DNA of 64,000 bases from Azolla caroliniana (taxonomy: Eukaryota; Plantae; Polypodiophyta), in contig JBHGNT010000013.1 of NCBI GenBank assembly GCA_043228905.1, positions 3,968,001 to 4,032,000 of the forward strand, read 5' to 3'. The notes beneath the pieces are model-generated. The model had not been told where the DNA came from. It saw only the letters and a program-made list of their open reading frames with translations, and did not search any database. Shown piece by piece: positions 49,940-62,259 of the stretch (position 1 is its first letter; each line of letters opens with the position of its first letter). The translations under genes were made by a program, and so were the position numbers.

Positions 49940-50314
49940 CACGTTCACGTTCACAAGTGGAAGGATCGCGCATTCCACTTGTAGAATCTTCTTGAAACTA
50001 TCCAAATATACCCTCTCTACAAAGATTGGATGCACTAGTATCACATGTTCCACAACTTGATTAGAATTTGCAAATATAAAAATACATGATAGGTCTACGA
50101 GTGGAGATCATTTGAAATCATGCAAGTTTGGACATGTTGATAAGTTAATGTAGGCATAATAAAGTTCAACAATGGCTCAATATGTCACTATTGTGGGACA
50201 TGGGAAACACTAAGTTAAAGACCTATATTAATTTGGTAAGGTTTACAAAAATATGAGGTGTACTTGTAACCATACTAATAAAATGAGTTATAATTTATAC
50301 TTTGACCCATACTT

Positions 50315-50592
50315 GCATGTATATAATTGTGGACAATGTAGGATAGTGCACTTTAGGATAATGTGATTGGAATAACTAACTTATTAAAGTACTTAATACT
50401 TGTATTTAAAGTTGATCTAATCTATTCCTCAGTTTGTTCGTATGGGATCAAACCATATGTATATAATTGTGGACAATGTAAGCCAGTGAACTTTAGGATA
50501 ATGTGGTGGAAATAACAAACCTATTAAGGCTTTCATACTTGTATTTAAAATTGATCTAATCTATTCCTTAGGTGATTCACACGGGATCAAAC
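50315..50592 (+). repeat. ~140-bp tandem duplication in the subterminal region
   Basis: ATGTATATAATTGTGGACAATGTA...TGATCTAATCTATTCCT...GGGATCAAA occurs twice. Confidence 0.8.
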
Positions 50593-51829
50593 TCCGAACG
50601 ATAACGCTAGTGGAACTACAAGCGTATAAAAACATGCGGATAACGGCTAGTGGAACCATTCTCAACACACTACACAATCTAAGTAGCAATGGAAGAGAAA
50701 AATAATAGTTTTAATAATAGAAGACAAAGATCCATAATAATAACATGGACAATCATGGCAACAATTCTACGACCATGTTATGTTAAGGTAAATTTTGACC
50801 AAAATCAGCCTCAATTTAAACTAATTCATGTTTCTCCATAAATTTGGTAGTCAACAATGCACGCGGTGAAACCAATGTCATAAGTCTACTAACCAAGTAT
50901 ATAAAAATAAAATTGAAACATATAGAAGATTATAAAGAATAGAATCCACCAAGTAAAACCCAAAATTTGTATTAATAACATGAATTCCCAACAATACATT
51001 TACCGTTTTTAAAAGAGTTTATTACATAGCAAGCAAATCGTCAATGTTATTTTCTTCATGATCTTGTATAAAAGTTTCTTCGGCTATACGTGCATTGGCT
51101 TCCCCTGTTAGCCGGGCCAACGAAATATCTTCTATAAGCTCATTATCAAGCTCTATTATCTCCCCCGGTTCCCCGGCTAACGGAGGAATAGGCTCTCATG
51201 AAGCAGGTTGAAACCTTTCAGTATCAGCAAGGTTGTTTGCACCGACCTCCTTGTCCTGGTTTGGGCACTCCCACAAAGCCTTAATCCTCATGTTTATAAA
51301 TATAACTTGCTCCTTGTCCTTCTCCAATGCAATTATGTTTCTAAAGAGCTTCAATGCACAGGCAGACGTTGTTCCTGTGAAGAAAGTAACAAGAAGAATT
51401 AGTTCTCAAATAAAAAAGATTCAGTATTGGTTATCTCAAGATCGTTAACGTAGTTCAAGGAATACCTATGCCAGAAAAGAGGCCTAATATCCAATCTCCT
51501 TCTACAGAAAACATCTCGATCAAGTGCATCATAAGTCGTTCAGGTTTTTGGTATGGGTTGACAAATCCCCGTTCTATCGTGGTGACATGTCGCAATTTGC
51601 GTGTCACTGCTGGATATACCAGTAGATTTGAACCTCCCACTTCATTAGAATGCTCCTTGACTCTTTGTTTCTTAATTTCATCCAAGTAGCCAACCGTAAT
51701 GTATTCAATTGCATTAACGAACCGAAAGTTTGACCCTCTATTTACATTGGTTTTTATCCTATAACAAATATTACATCAAGTTAAGAATAGATTGAACAAT
51801 CTTAAGTAAGGCAATATAGTGAATGAGAC

Positions 51830-54800
51830 TGTGAGGTCAATTTTTGCTGTAAGAAAAGACCATGGCAAATAAATCGAATACTAAGCTCTATAAGAATAAA
51901 GAACAATGTGAAAGGATCAAGAGTTAAGAGAAGAAAAAAATTTAAGGGATATGAAGTTAGAGGCATTTTCCAAAAGTTGAAAAAGCAAGAGAAAAGATAG
52001 AAGGAAAAAAACGCATAATAAGGCAAAGAAAGCAGGGCAGAGAAAAAAGCTCATAACTTCTGCATCTCTTATCCAAATTTCAAAAGAAAAGATTCATAAG
52101 AAAGCTAACAAAGAGAGCTTTCTTTATGATAAATTTAGAAACATAAAATAGAAATAATGATATAAAAAATGCATCACATAAACTCAAGCATATGTAAAAG
52201 AAAAGAAAAGAAAAAAGCAAGAATAATGCAACTAGAAGCCTATAAATATGAGGGTATTCTTAGCAATATGGGGGAGGATAGATTATCTACAAGAAGAAGG
52301 GAGAAAGAATAAGAGGGTTATAAGAAGCTTAGTAGAAGAAAGGGTGAAGAAGGAAATAAATTTTTGTCTAATATTATATTTAAGTAGTTATTTGGTTTTT
52401 GTTACTCTTAGAGTATAAGAGTATTGTATTCTTTTTCTTATTAGTATATTGAAGCATTCTTTTTTCCTCCTCTCTTCTCTATCATTTTTTTCTCTCTCTT
52501 CATCATTTCGGCGCCTTCGAACATCACGCAGTCTCAATAGGGAATATGATAGATTTGGAGAAGCTTCCTCTATTGGTGGCCACTTTTTATGGTCCAGCAA
52601 GGGATTGGTATGAGTCCTTGCCAATGAACCAACAAGTCAATTACCAACTATTGGTGCAACAATTTAAAGCGAAGTATATTAGACGTCGTAATGCAACAGA
52701 AGTGCGAGAGGCACTCTTCCGTTTGCGGATGTCCTCAACGATAGAGTACAATGATTACGAGAGGGAGTTTATCGACCTTTGGACTACGTGGATTCGATTA
52801 CGTGGGGGTATGGAGGATGAATGGTTTAAGATGGACCGCTTTAAAGCAGGATTAAGTCCGCACTTTGCGTTGGAAGAAAATCTAAAGAATCCTACGACTT
52901 TCCAAGTGCTCTTGCAAGCTTGTCAAGCTTACAATAGACAAAACATGGTTCTACAAGCAGGAGCAGATTTGACAGTCGCAACAATTGGAGGTAATCTAAT
53001 TGCATCCCCTATTCTTAATCAATCATCGATATTGCATGGTGGGCAGGTGTTTCCTAATGTTTTTATGACATCTCCAACAACATGTCAATCTAATACCTTC
53101 ATAATGCAATAATCTATTCCATCTAAATTAGAGGGGGATTTCTCGGAGCAATTAATTCGGCATTTGGATGAAGTTACTCGACAAATCCAACAAATGCAAG
53201 CAAATTTTAATGTAAGTCAAACTCGAGATGCTCCAAGGGAAAGAAGAGTGGTTTAGGGCACCACTATCCAAAATTGCTCCAAAGGCTTATTCGACCAACT
53301 ATCCCGGTAACCATCAGAGGTTTTTTAATTAAGGATGCCTTGGTAGATAGTGGTGCTATAATAAGCCTTATAGCTGAGGTTTTAGTAACTAATCTTGGAA
53401 TTCCCATTTGTAAGAAGTCCTCGGCAAAAGTAGTTGTAGCTTATGGGGGTTTGGTTCCTTGTTTGGGAATTATAGAGGATGTAGTGATCGAATGTTTTGA
53501 TATATCTATTTCCATGGAGTTTCATGTCATACCTCTTAAAGGGCCATCTTATTCCTTAGTATTAGGAAGACCTTGGATGAAAGGGTTAAAAGTGATCTAG
53601 GATTGGAGTAATGGCATCATGACCTTATCACCATCAGAGGGGTTCAAGATCTTTTACGACATGCATCTTCAACGAGTAATTAAAGGTGAAAAGGAGAAAG
53701 AATCGTCTTCCTACAACAACAAGCGAGAAAGGGAAAGCTTATCAAGTGATGAATCCTCATCGAATTGGGAGGAAAATACGTCCTATGTGGTGTCTAAGGA
53801 TGAAGAAGGAGGCAGTGAAGAAGAAAGCAACATTATTACCTTGGAGGGGAAAGAGAAGATGATTTCCGAAGATATCCAAGGAGAAGAGTGTCAAAGGTTT
53901 ATTTCTCTTCTTTTTGAGTTTCCAAAATTATTCATAAATGACTATTCGCAGATAACAGGAGTAGATGTCATCAAGCATCACATCAATTTAAAGGAAGGAA
54001 GTGTACCCGTTGCTCAAAAGCTTCGCCGGTTAGTTATGGTACAAAAGGAAGCTCTTTTAAAGGAAGTTAAAGCATTGTTGAGAGCAAGTTTTATTTACCC
54101 AGTGGAGGATTCTGAGTGGGTGTCACTAGTTGTGGTAGTTCCAAAAGAAGGCGAATATGTGTCGACTTCAAACCCTTGAATGATTAAACCAAACGAGATT
54201 ATTTTCCACTTCCTTTCCAGGATGAGATTTTGGATGAGATTGCTGGGCACGAGCTATACACCATTTCCGATGGTTATTTTGGTTATTTTCAAATAAGAAT
54301 AGTCGAAGAAGACCAAAGAAAAACCACATTTATTACTCCTTGGGGTTGTTTTGCATATAGGTGTATGCCTTTTGGATTAACTAATGTTGTTTTTACCTTT
54401 AATTGTTTGGCTATTCATGTATTTCAACCCTTTTTTGGAAAGTTTGTAAGGGTGTTTATAGCTTATTTTGCTTCATGTAATTCAACCCTTTTTTAGAAAG
54501 TTTGTAAGGGTGTTTATAGATGATTTTGCTATATATAGCAAAAAGATTGATCATCTAGAGAAGGTGCGGGCAACTTTCAGAAGACTCGATGAGTGCAAAG
54601 GACAACTCAACCCTGACAAGTGTCGCATTGGTGAAAAAGAAGTGGTGATGCTTGGTCATGTGGTATCTCTTCAAGGGATTAAGGTGGATCCATCAAAGGT
54701 TAAAGCACTAGAAGCTCTACCTTACCCGAAAGATATTAAGTCATTAAAAACATTTGTACAAAAGGTGCGTTATTTTGAAAGGTTTATTCATATGCTAGAC

Positions 54801-57800
54801 CAAGTACTTTATCCGTTTAGAGTCATCCTACGCACCAACGTCTTTGTATGGAATCCTTTTCTAGAAGAAAAATTTGATACAATAAGAGATCTATTATCGA
54901 AAGCTCCTATCCTTAAGCCTCCTAATAGTAGCTCCACTTTCTTCCTTTCTCTTAGTGTTAGTTCTCATGCTATTGGTGCTATTCTTATGCAACAAGATCC
55001 TCATAATAAACTTATGCATCCTATTTAATTTATTAGTAGAGCCATAAGTGATGTGGAAAAGACTTTCATGGATATAGAGAAGTGGATGTTAACCCTAATT
55101 TATGCATGCAAAAAGTTTAGGAGTTTTTTAATTTCCCAACACTTCATAATCATCACTAGTATGCCCTTACTACCATATATTCTCCAACATGTTAGTGTGT
55201 CAACTAGGATTATGAAATGGGCTCTCCAATTAGTTGAATATGATTTTGAGGTTAAGCTTGAGTCTACCATGAGTGTGGAGTTGGCGGATCTTCTCACTTT
55301 TAGAGAAAACCTTTGAGAGGAGGAATTGACAAAGATAAGAGATGCGCTTCCTAAACTAGATATGGAGGATGCTTTCACGTTATTCTTTGATGGAGCATTT
55401 CGTAAGGCGACACATTCGGTAGTTGGAGGCCTCATTATTAGAGACCCTAATGGAGAGACTGTGCACACGGAGGGTATTATTTTATCCAATGCCAATACCA
55501 ACAATGAAGCAGAGTATGCCACTTTGTGCTATGGCCTTCGAATTTGTAAGGCAAGGGATATTAGAAGATTGATCGTAATAGGTGATTCTCTTCTGGTAAT
55601 CAAACAAATTCAAGGAGTGTGGAAATGTCAAAGTGATGGTTTACGTATGCTTTTTAAGGAGGCACTAACTTTAATTAAGTGTTTCCATAAAGTCAATGGA
55701 AACAGGTAAGTCGTTTGGACAATAAAGAGGCTGATGAACTTGCTCAAGATCAACTAAAGAAATTAAAACTTGAGACAATATGCATTTTGGAAGAGTGTAA
55801 AGATGCGACATCTCTTCAGGAGGTATGTGAGTTCTTAAGGGTGATGATTTTCCTAAAGGTTTAAATTCTACACAAAGAAAACGATTGGTGATGAGAGCAT
55901 CCCAATATATAATGGTGGATAAGGACTTATATCATAAAGGCAAAGATGGTGTTTTACGAAGAGTGCCTATTAAGGAGGAAAATATGGAGATCTTACAAAA
56001 GATGCATGAGGCGGCTTGTGTAGGGTATTTTTCTCATGATATCATTTTGAGAAAAATTTTATTAACAGGTTTTACATGGCCTTCTATTCACAAAGATATA
56101 CATGAATGGTGCAAGTCGTGTGATGCTTGTCAAAAGGCAGGAAGAAGACAACTTCAAGCAGGCCCTTTGCATCCTATTATGGTTTTTGCTCCCTTTGAAA
56201 AATGGGGAGTCGATGCAGTGGGTCCCCTTCCAAGAACCCAAAGCGGTAAAGAATTCATATTGGTAGCTATTGATTACATGACTAAGTGGGTAGAAGCAAT
56301 AGCAACATCCTCGATTAAAGCAAGGGATGTGTCCCAATTCTTCTACAGGAATATTTGTACAAGATTCGGTGTACCGCTAGAGATTGTATCTGATCACGGT
56401 CCAAGTTTTCGTGGCGAAGTGTTGGCTTGCTTATTAGAAAGGTTAAAGATTAAACATAGGTATTCTACTCCTTATTATCCTCAAGCTAATGGAGAGGTCG
56501 AAAAGGTAAATGGTATTTTGGTAAAAAATCATCAAAAACATGTCACAGATAGAATAAGAACATGGGATGAGTTCCTTCATGATGCTCTATGGGCCTATCG
56601 CATATCATATAAGGCATCCACAAGTTTTACACCTTTCTTCTTAGTATATGAACAAGAAGCTTTATTTCCAATTGAACTTCAAGTTAGAAGCAATAGACTC
56701 TTAAGATCATCTCTATGTGATGAAGAATGCTGCAAGATGGATAGGTTGTCACAAAACCATATGCTACAATATTCAAGGGAGGAAGCAGTAGAGCATTATA
56801 TGCAACAGGCTTGGAGGAGGAAGACGTATTATGATAAAAGGTCAAGAAAAGATACTTTTTCAAAAGGACCTCTTGTACTTCGCTACGACAATTGTTTTGA
56901 CAATATAAAAGGACAAAAGATGATAAATCGTTGGGAAGGACCTTTTGTCGTGCACGATTGCTTTGACAATGGAAGTTATCAACTCAAGGACATGGATGGG
57001 ACTCTTCATGAACAACGTGTGAATGGATGGTGCCTAAAGAAGTATGTGAATCGGGGACCTACCTACATTTCTATAACGGATAAGGACATTCAAGAAAATG
57101 ATCATGGAGAGCAAGAAGTGGATTTGTCCCCAAGCATATTTCCCAACTAATTCGTGATCCTCCTTTTAGGAGAGATTATAAGATCGTTATTATATTTTAA
57201 ATTTATGTTTTTGTAGGAGTGTGAGTTTTTTTCCCATCGCTTAACGAGGGTTTTTCTCACACAATAAGTTGTTACATTTTCAATATTTATACTCCTTCTT
57301 TTTCTATAGCCTACCATAAGGCGAATGAGGTTTTCCCATTTTCGTTTCCTTTTCACGCTCACCATAAATGGTTCGCTCAACAAGCAAGGAGGGGGGCTAA
57401 ATGTGAAGTCAATTTTTGCTGTAAGAAAAGACCGTGGCAAATACATCGAATACTAAGCTCTATAAGAATAAAGCACAATGTGAAAGGCTCAAGAGTTAAG
57501 AGAAGAAGAAAATTTAAGGGATATGAAGTTAGAGGTGTTTTCCAAAAGTAGAAAAAGCTAGAGAAAAGATAGAAGGAAAAAAACGCATAATAAGGTAGAG
57601 AAAGCAGGGCAGAGAAAAACGCTCATAACTTCTGCATCTCTTATCCAAATTTCAAAAGAAAAGATTCATAAGAAAGCTAACAAAGAGAGCTTTCTTTATG
57701 ATAAATTTCGAAACATAAAATAGAAATAATGATATAAAAAATGCATCACATAAACTCAAGCATATGTAAAAGAAAAGAAAAGAAAAAAGCAAGAATAACG

Positions 57801-58079
57801 CAACGAGAAGCCTATAAATATGAGGGTATTCTTAGCAATATGGGGGAGGATAGATTATCTACAAGAAGAAGGGAGAAAGAATAAGAGGGTTATAAGAAGC
57901 TTAGTAGAAGAAAGGGTGAAGAAGGAAAGACTTTTTTGTCTAATATTATATTTAAGTAGTTATTTGGTTTTTGTTACTCTTAGAGTATAAGAGTATTGTA
58001 TTCTTTTCTTATTAGTATATTGAAGCATTCTTTTTTCCTCCTCCTCTCTTCTCTATCATTTTTCTCTCTCTTTTCATCA
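51830..58079 (+). mobile_element. Full-length degenerate Tat-like Gypsy with an additional RNase H; LTRs 51830-52505 and 57402-58079
   Basis: TSD GAGAC/GAGAC; PPT AAGGAGGGGGG; gag, protease (LVDSGA), RT (FIDD), RNase H, extra RNase HI (LFFDGAFR, TNNEAEY, GDSLLVI) and integrase (WGVDAVGP, SDHG, QANGEVE). Confidence 0.93.
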
Positions 58080-60871
58080 GAGACATATAAATAATCCTTA
58101 CCATGCAAGGTTCTTGATGCCATGGCAATGAGATCTCAAAGCTTGAGCTACCGAGTACCCTTAGTCCATACTATGAAAGACAACTATTCTCCACAAGGAT
58201 GCAGTCATTAGCTCGGCAAAATCGTTGACCATCTTCTCCAATTGTTTAAACCTAAATGGTTCATCGTCATATGATGACCCTGCCATTCGAAATCCGTATG
58301 GAATATCCGCAATCATTTGCGTATATTCCTTCTTTGGCACTTTTTGGATCATGTCAACAACATCGCCGCAAACTACGTTGTAGTAAAGATCTCTCGTAAT
58401 ATCCTTTTTGTGACCTATTTTTTTGATGGAGCCATATTCCTCCATTTCGTACGCCTTGATTAAGCGACAATCCTTTTCTTTTCTAGCTCTCCCGAGATGT
58501 GCAAGGAAGGATGTCGGGAAATCGTGTATATCCTTAACTTTTCCTTGTTTCTTGCCACGACACAGTTTCTAATAGAAGCAATAGGACATCAAGTATTATT
58601 ATACAAGCTCTACATATGAGGAAAGCTTAATGAAAAACCACCAATACTAACCCAATCCTTGAATGCAATAAAATACTCGGATAACGCCTTATATGAAGAC
58701 GTTAGAGGATAAACCTCGGTCACTTGCTCCCAAGTTATACATCCAAGTTGTTTCATCATAACTTCTTGGATCTTCATGTACACCTTATGACTATGAAATT
58801 AGAAAATGAGATTAGAATTTTTAATTGCACCATATTTAATTCAATATCACTATTTGAAAGACTTATTGAACTCAATGACAATTTCTTCCGCCACAACCCT
58901 TGACAAATCAGACACAAGAAGCTACTCGTCCTTAATACCTTGCATCGCTCTCCACAGAGACAACTTCATGTCGTCAACCACTTCTTCAATTGTCAAATCA
59001 ATTTTCTTGGCCGCTTGTGACTTAATTATAGTTGAGGGTCTACCTTACATTTCTTTTGTCGTTGACCCTTGACCTCCTTATTCTCCCACATTGAGAAGAT
59101 TTGATCTTGTAGGTCTCATACTTCTCCATCTCTAAAGGCAAGTTGAAACGAAGACTCATATTTCTGAAGACCATCGGACTTAACATTATCATCTACCACA
59201 ATCAACTTCATGCAAGCATTGGCGTCGTAGGCCAGGATGTAGCTTCACACCAAACTTTTGTTTCACATCCAAATACTCATTGCGGAAGAACCTTATACGC
59301 TCAATCGATGACATTTTCTGCCTATAGTCATTATCGTTATTGTGGTCCCATGCCAACAGCTTTGCCTCTTTAGTTGTGAGACCCACGTAAATTATACACT
59401 CGGCACACTTGAAGAAGAAAGTCGTTGAATGTTCTCTCACAAGTTGCCGACGTGCCTTCGCCGAATGCGATCCACCAATTACAAAGTAATTGTATTGATC
59501 ATGCTTTCTGATATCTAAATCTTCAATGATTTCACATTCTTCAAGATCCACCATAACAATAAAAGGCACAATGGTAGCATGTGGATTAATTTTCATTTTT
59601 TTCTTGAGATTTTGAACATGCATTCGGTGTGGCTCTCTAATCTCAAGTGGTCTTCATCCTGTTTTTTCACCTATAGGGGGCAGATGGATGTGTGTTATAG
59701 GCAAATTAAACACTTGTCCTTTCCTGACCAATTTACGTTGCATTAACTCTCTCCGTATCTTATTCTGCCCGGATGACAACACACCCGATGCCAGCTTAGA
59801 TCTTTGTTTGAGCTTGATGAATCGGATTCCGACATTTTAGTGGTCTTCTTTTTTGGTGGTCTTGATTGTACTTTTGATGCCCTTTTCAAGGCCTTCACTG
59901 GGGAGGGCAAGGGCTCCGTTAGAGTTACATGGCCTTGTATATAAGGCCTCAGGGTGACAATAACGTTTTGTGAGCTTTCTAGATCTTTTTTAAAAGCTTC
60001 TGGCCCAGAAGATTCCATTACTAGTAGATCTTCAGAAAGGAACACTTTACATACCCCCTTAGAGCACTCTATCATTACAAGTATGTTGGCCGAATCTGAA
60101 TCTTCATAGTCAAATCTAAATGCGATTTCATTTTCAAGTTGCCCCTCACCCTTCTTCTTTGTTGTATACAACACAACTTTTTTCTTGGAGTCGACGTATT
60201 GCATACACCATTCCTTGTCCATTAGATGACGGTCAGGAAGGTCTTCACCACCAATAGATGCTAATATTTTCTTTTGGCTGACCTCATTGGGTGGTTGAGA
60301 TTTTGTCTCCTCGTTGAAGAGAAGCTTTTTTCCTCTCTTCATGTTCTCAGGAGCTATTATAGTCTGGGTTTCAATTGGAGAGCCCTGTATCCGGAGCTTT
60401 ATCTTCTTCACAGGTCGGTCTTACAAGTTGTCAAATGGCCTATTTAAGAAAGGACATGCGAAAACATAAGTTAGGTGGTCACTATAAATATCAATCATGT
60501 ATTGAGTGAACATGATAGTCCTTTATTCAGAAATCCATTCTAGTAAGGGCTATTCAACTTAGAAAATTATATATCTTAATAAGTATACAAGAATATATAT
60601 CATCTTGAAGGGTAGCTATGGCTTATATTGATTCCATATCCATATTGTAGAGAATTTGCATATGATAGACTTGAATTTGGTATCATAAAGGTAATTCGTA
60701 GGTTATTTTCTACTATTTTAAGCTATAATAGGTCATAAAACCTCTATAATTAAGGCCCCTATTTGTTACAAAATATGGCAAATGTCACTAAAAAAATCTG
60801 ATTTTGACAGAAAGTTTGATATCTTTTCACACATATACTAAATTGTTGCCCCAAAGACACAATATTCCTCT

Positions 60872-61362
60872 TTAAATTTTGTGTTTTATACAGGAATTCG
60901 ATACGGCGTATTGAGTTCCTGTGCAAAACATAAACTTTAAATAGGAACTCGATACGGCGTATTGAGTTCTTGTATAAAGTTTGTGTTTTAAACAAGAACT
61001 CGATACGCCGTATTGAGTTCCTATATATAGTTTGTGTTTTAAACAGGAACTCGATACGCCACATCGAGTTCCTCTGTAAACACGTAAATAATACAGGAAC
61101 TCAATACGACGTATCGAGTTCATGTTTAAAACACAAACTATATACAAGAACTCGGTATGGCGTATGGAGTTCTTGTTTAAAACACAAAATTTATACAAGA
61201 ATTTGATTCGCCGTATCAAGTTCATATGTATAAAACACGAACATAATATAGGAACTCGATATGGCGTATCGAGTTCCTATTGAAAACGCAAACTATATAC
61301 AAGAACTCCATATGGCGTATTGAGTTCCTATATAAAGTTTGTGTTTTTTACAAGAACTCGAT
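60872..61362. repeat. Array of ~9-10 palindromic ~51-bp units inside intron 1 of the ParB-MTase gene
   Basis: Unit core (A/G)GAACTCGATAC(G)GCGTA(T/C)TGAGTTC(C/T)T with a TTTGTGTTTTAAA spacer that flips orientation within the array. Confidence 0.9.
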
Positions 61363-61448
61363 CCTGAGTGCTAAAACATATTTACAAAACTGTCCACAGT
61401 GTTAGAGGCTTACCTGGAGTCCTAGCGCTCGATTTTCTTTGAAGACAT

Positions 61449-62259
61449 GGTTGATCTTGTCGATGTTTAGGGTGAGATCTCACTTTGCTGCTTCTTGCTC
61501 TGTGTGCTGTGTTTGCTCTATGTGCTCTTGTGCTTTGTTCTGCGCGTGTGCTTCGTGTGATTGAAATATGAGGAGGTCTTCCTATTTATATGGATTGACC
61601 ACAGTGGTTAAAGTAACCACAGTCACCTTAACTAGGGTTGGCAAGCTTGAGGTCAGTTAGTTAGTAACCATAGTCACTTTAACTAGAGTTACTTATGAAT
61701 GCATCAATGATTAAATAGTTAAACTAACATACAATGACTTTGAAGGTCATGACGGAAGCAATGATACAGGTTCATGAATGAACCAATGATTGATTACTCA
61801 AAGCAACATTTTTATGACTCTTAATTGCTTTGTATTAAAGATGTGGCCATGAATGAACCAATCATTGGAAAGTCTTATATTTAAAATGGTGGGCAAAAAT
61901 GAACCAATGATTGAGAAGTTCTATATTAAATATGCGTGCCATTAATTAACCAATGATTTTTACTTTAAACCAACATATATATGGTTTTTTAATGATTGTA
62001 ATTATATTATACTTGATTTAACTTTATACTGACTAGTTTAAGTAATTATTAATATGTTGAATACAATTATTATATTAAAAATAATATCTTTATGTATTGT
62101 ATTAATATAATATTAAATAATATAGACATTATATTGAGGGAGCTTCTATTTAGAGAGGAGTTTATGTTTAGAGAGGAGTATATGTTTAGAGAGTAGCTTA
62201 TCAGTTTTTTATGTTAGCCTAAGCACATAACTTAAAGAGCTCGGTGTGGACCTTAAGCC
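61449..62259. promoter_or_regulatory. Divergent promoter of copy B
   Basis: Minus-strand TATAAATAGG at 61581-61590; four AACCAAT(G/C)ATT boxes at ~61780-61960; TTTAGAGAG(G/T)AG three times at ~62148-62196. Confidence 0.6.

Larger units (their letters stand above)
51022..61448 (-). pseudogene. Spliced ParB/Srx-like plus beta-class DNA amino-methyltransferase (N6-A/N4-C) gene; exons ~61448-61414, 60439-~58867, 58790-58652, 58568-58102, 51758-51466, 51374-51022
   Basis: ParB-like YFVIGGSHSAKARRQL...EAKLLAWDHNND...MSSIERI. MTase motifs in beta order: VVCGDVVDMIQKVP..MIADIPYG, LAW|IKTN...FVNAIEYITVG, NPYQKPERLMMHLIEMFSVEGDWILGLFSGIG|TTSACALKLFRNIIALEKD. GT-AG introns join these in frame; several premature stops. 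Confidence 0.88.

Noticed and set aside
54415-54520. Programmed frameshift in the Gypsy RT
   Set aside because: A ~60-bp tandem duplication (TTCATGTA(T/A)TTCAACCCTTTTTT...) explains the frame change as a lesion.
60759-61225. ORFs with NSIRRIEFL repeats
   Set aside because: Translation artefacts of the palindromic 51-bp DNA array.
60872-61362. CRISPR array
   Set aside because: The spacers are near-identical to each other rather than unique, there are no cas genes, and it lies in a spliceosomal intron.
51022-61448. Bacterial or phage contamination explaining the ParB-MTase
   Set aside because: The gene has GT-AG introns, a TATA promoter and a plant Gypsy insertion with TSD, and part of it recurs in a second copy.
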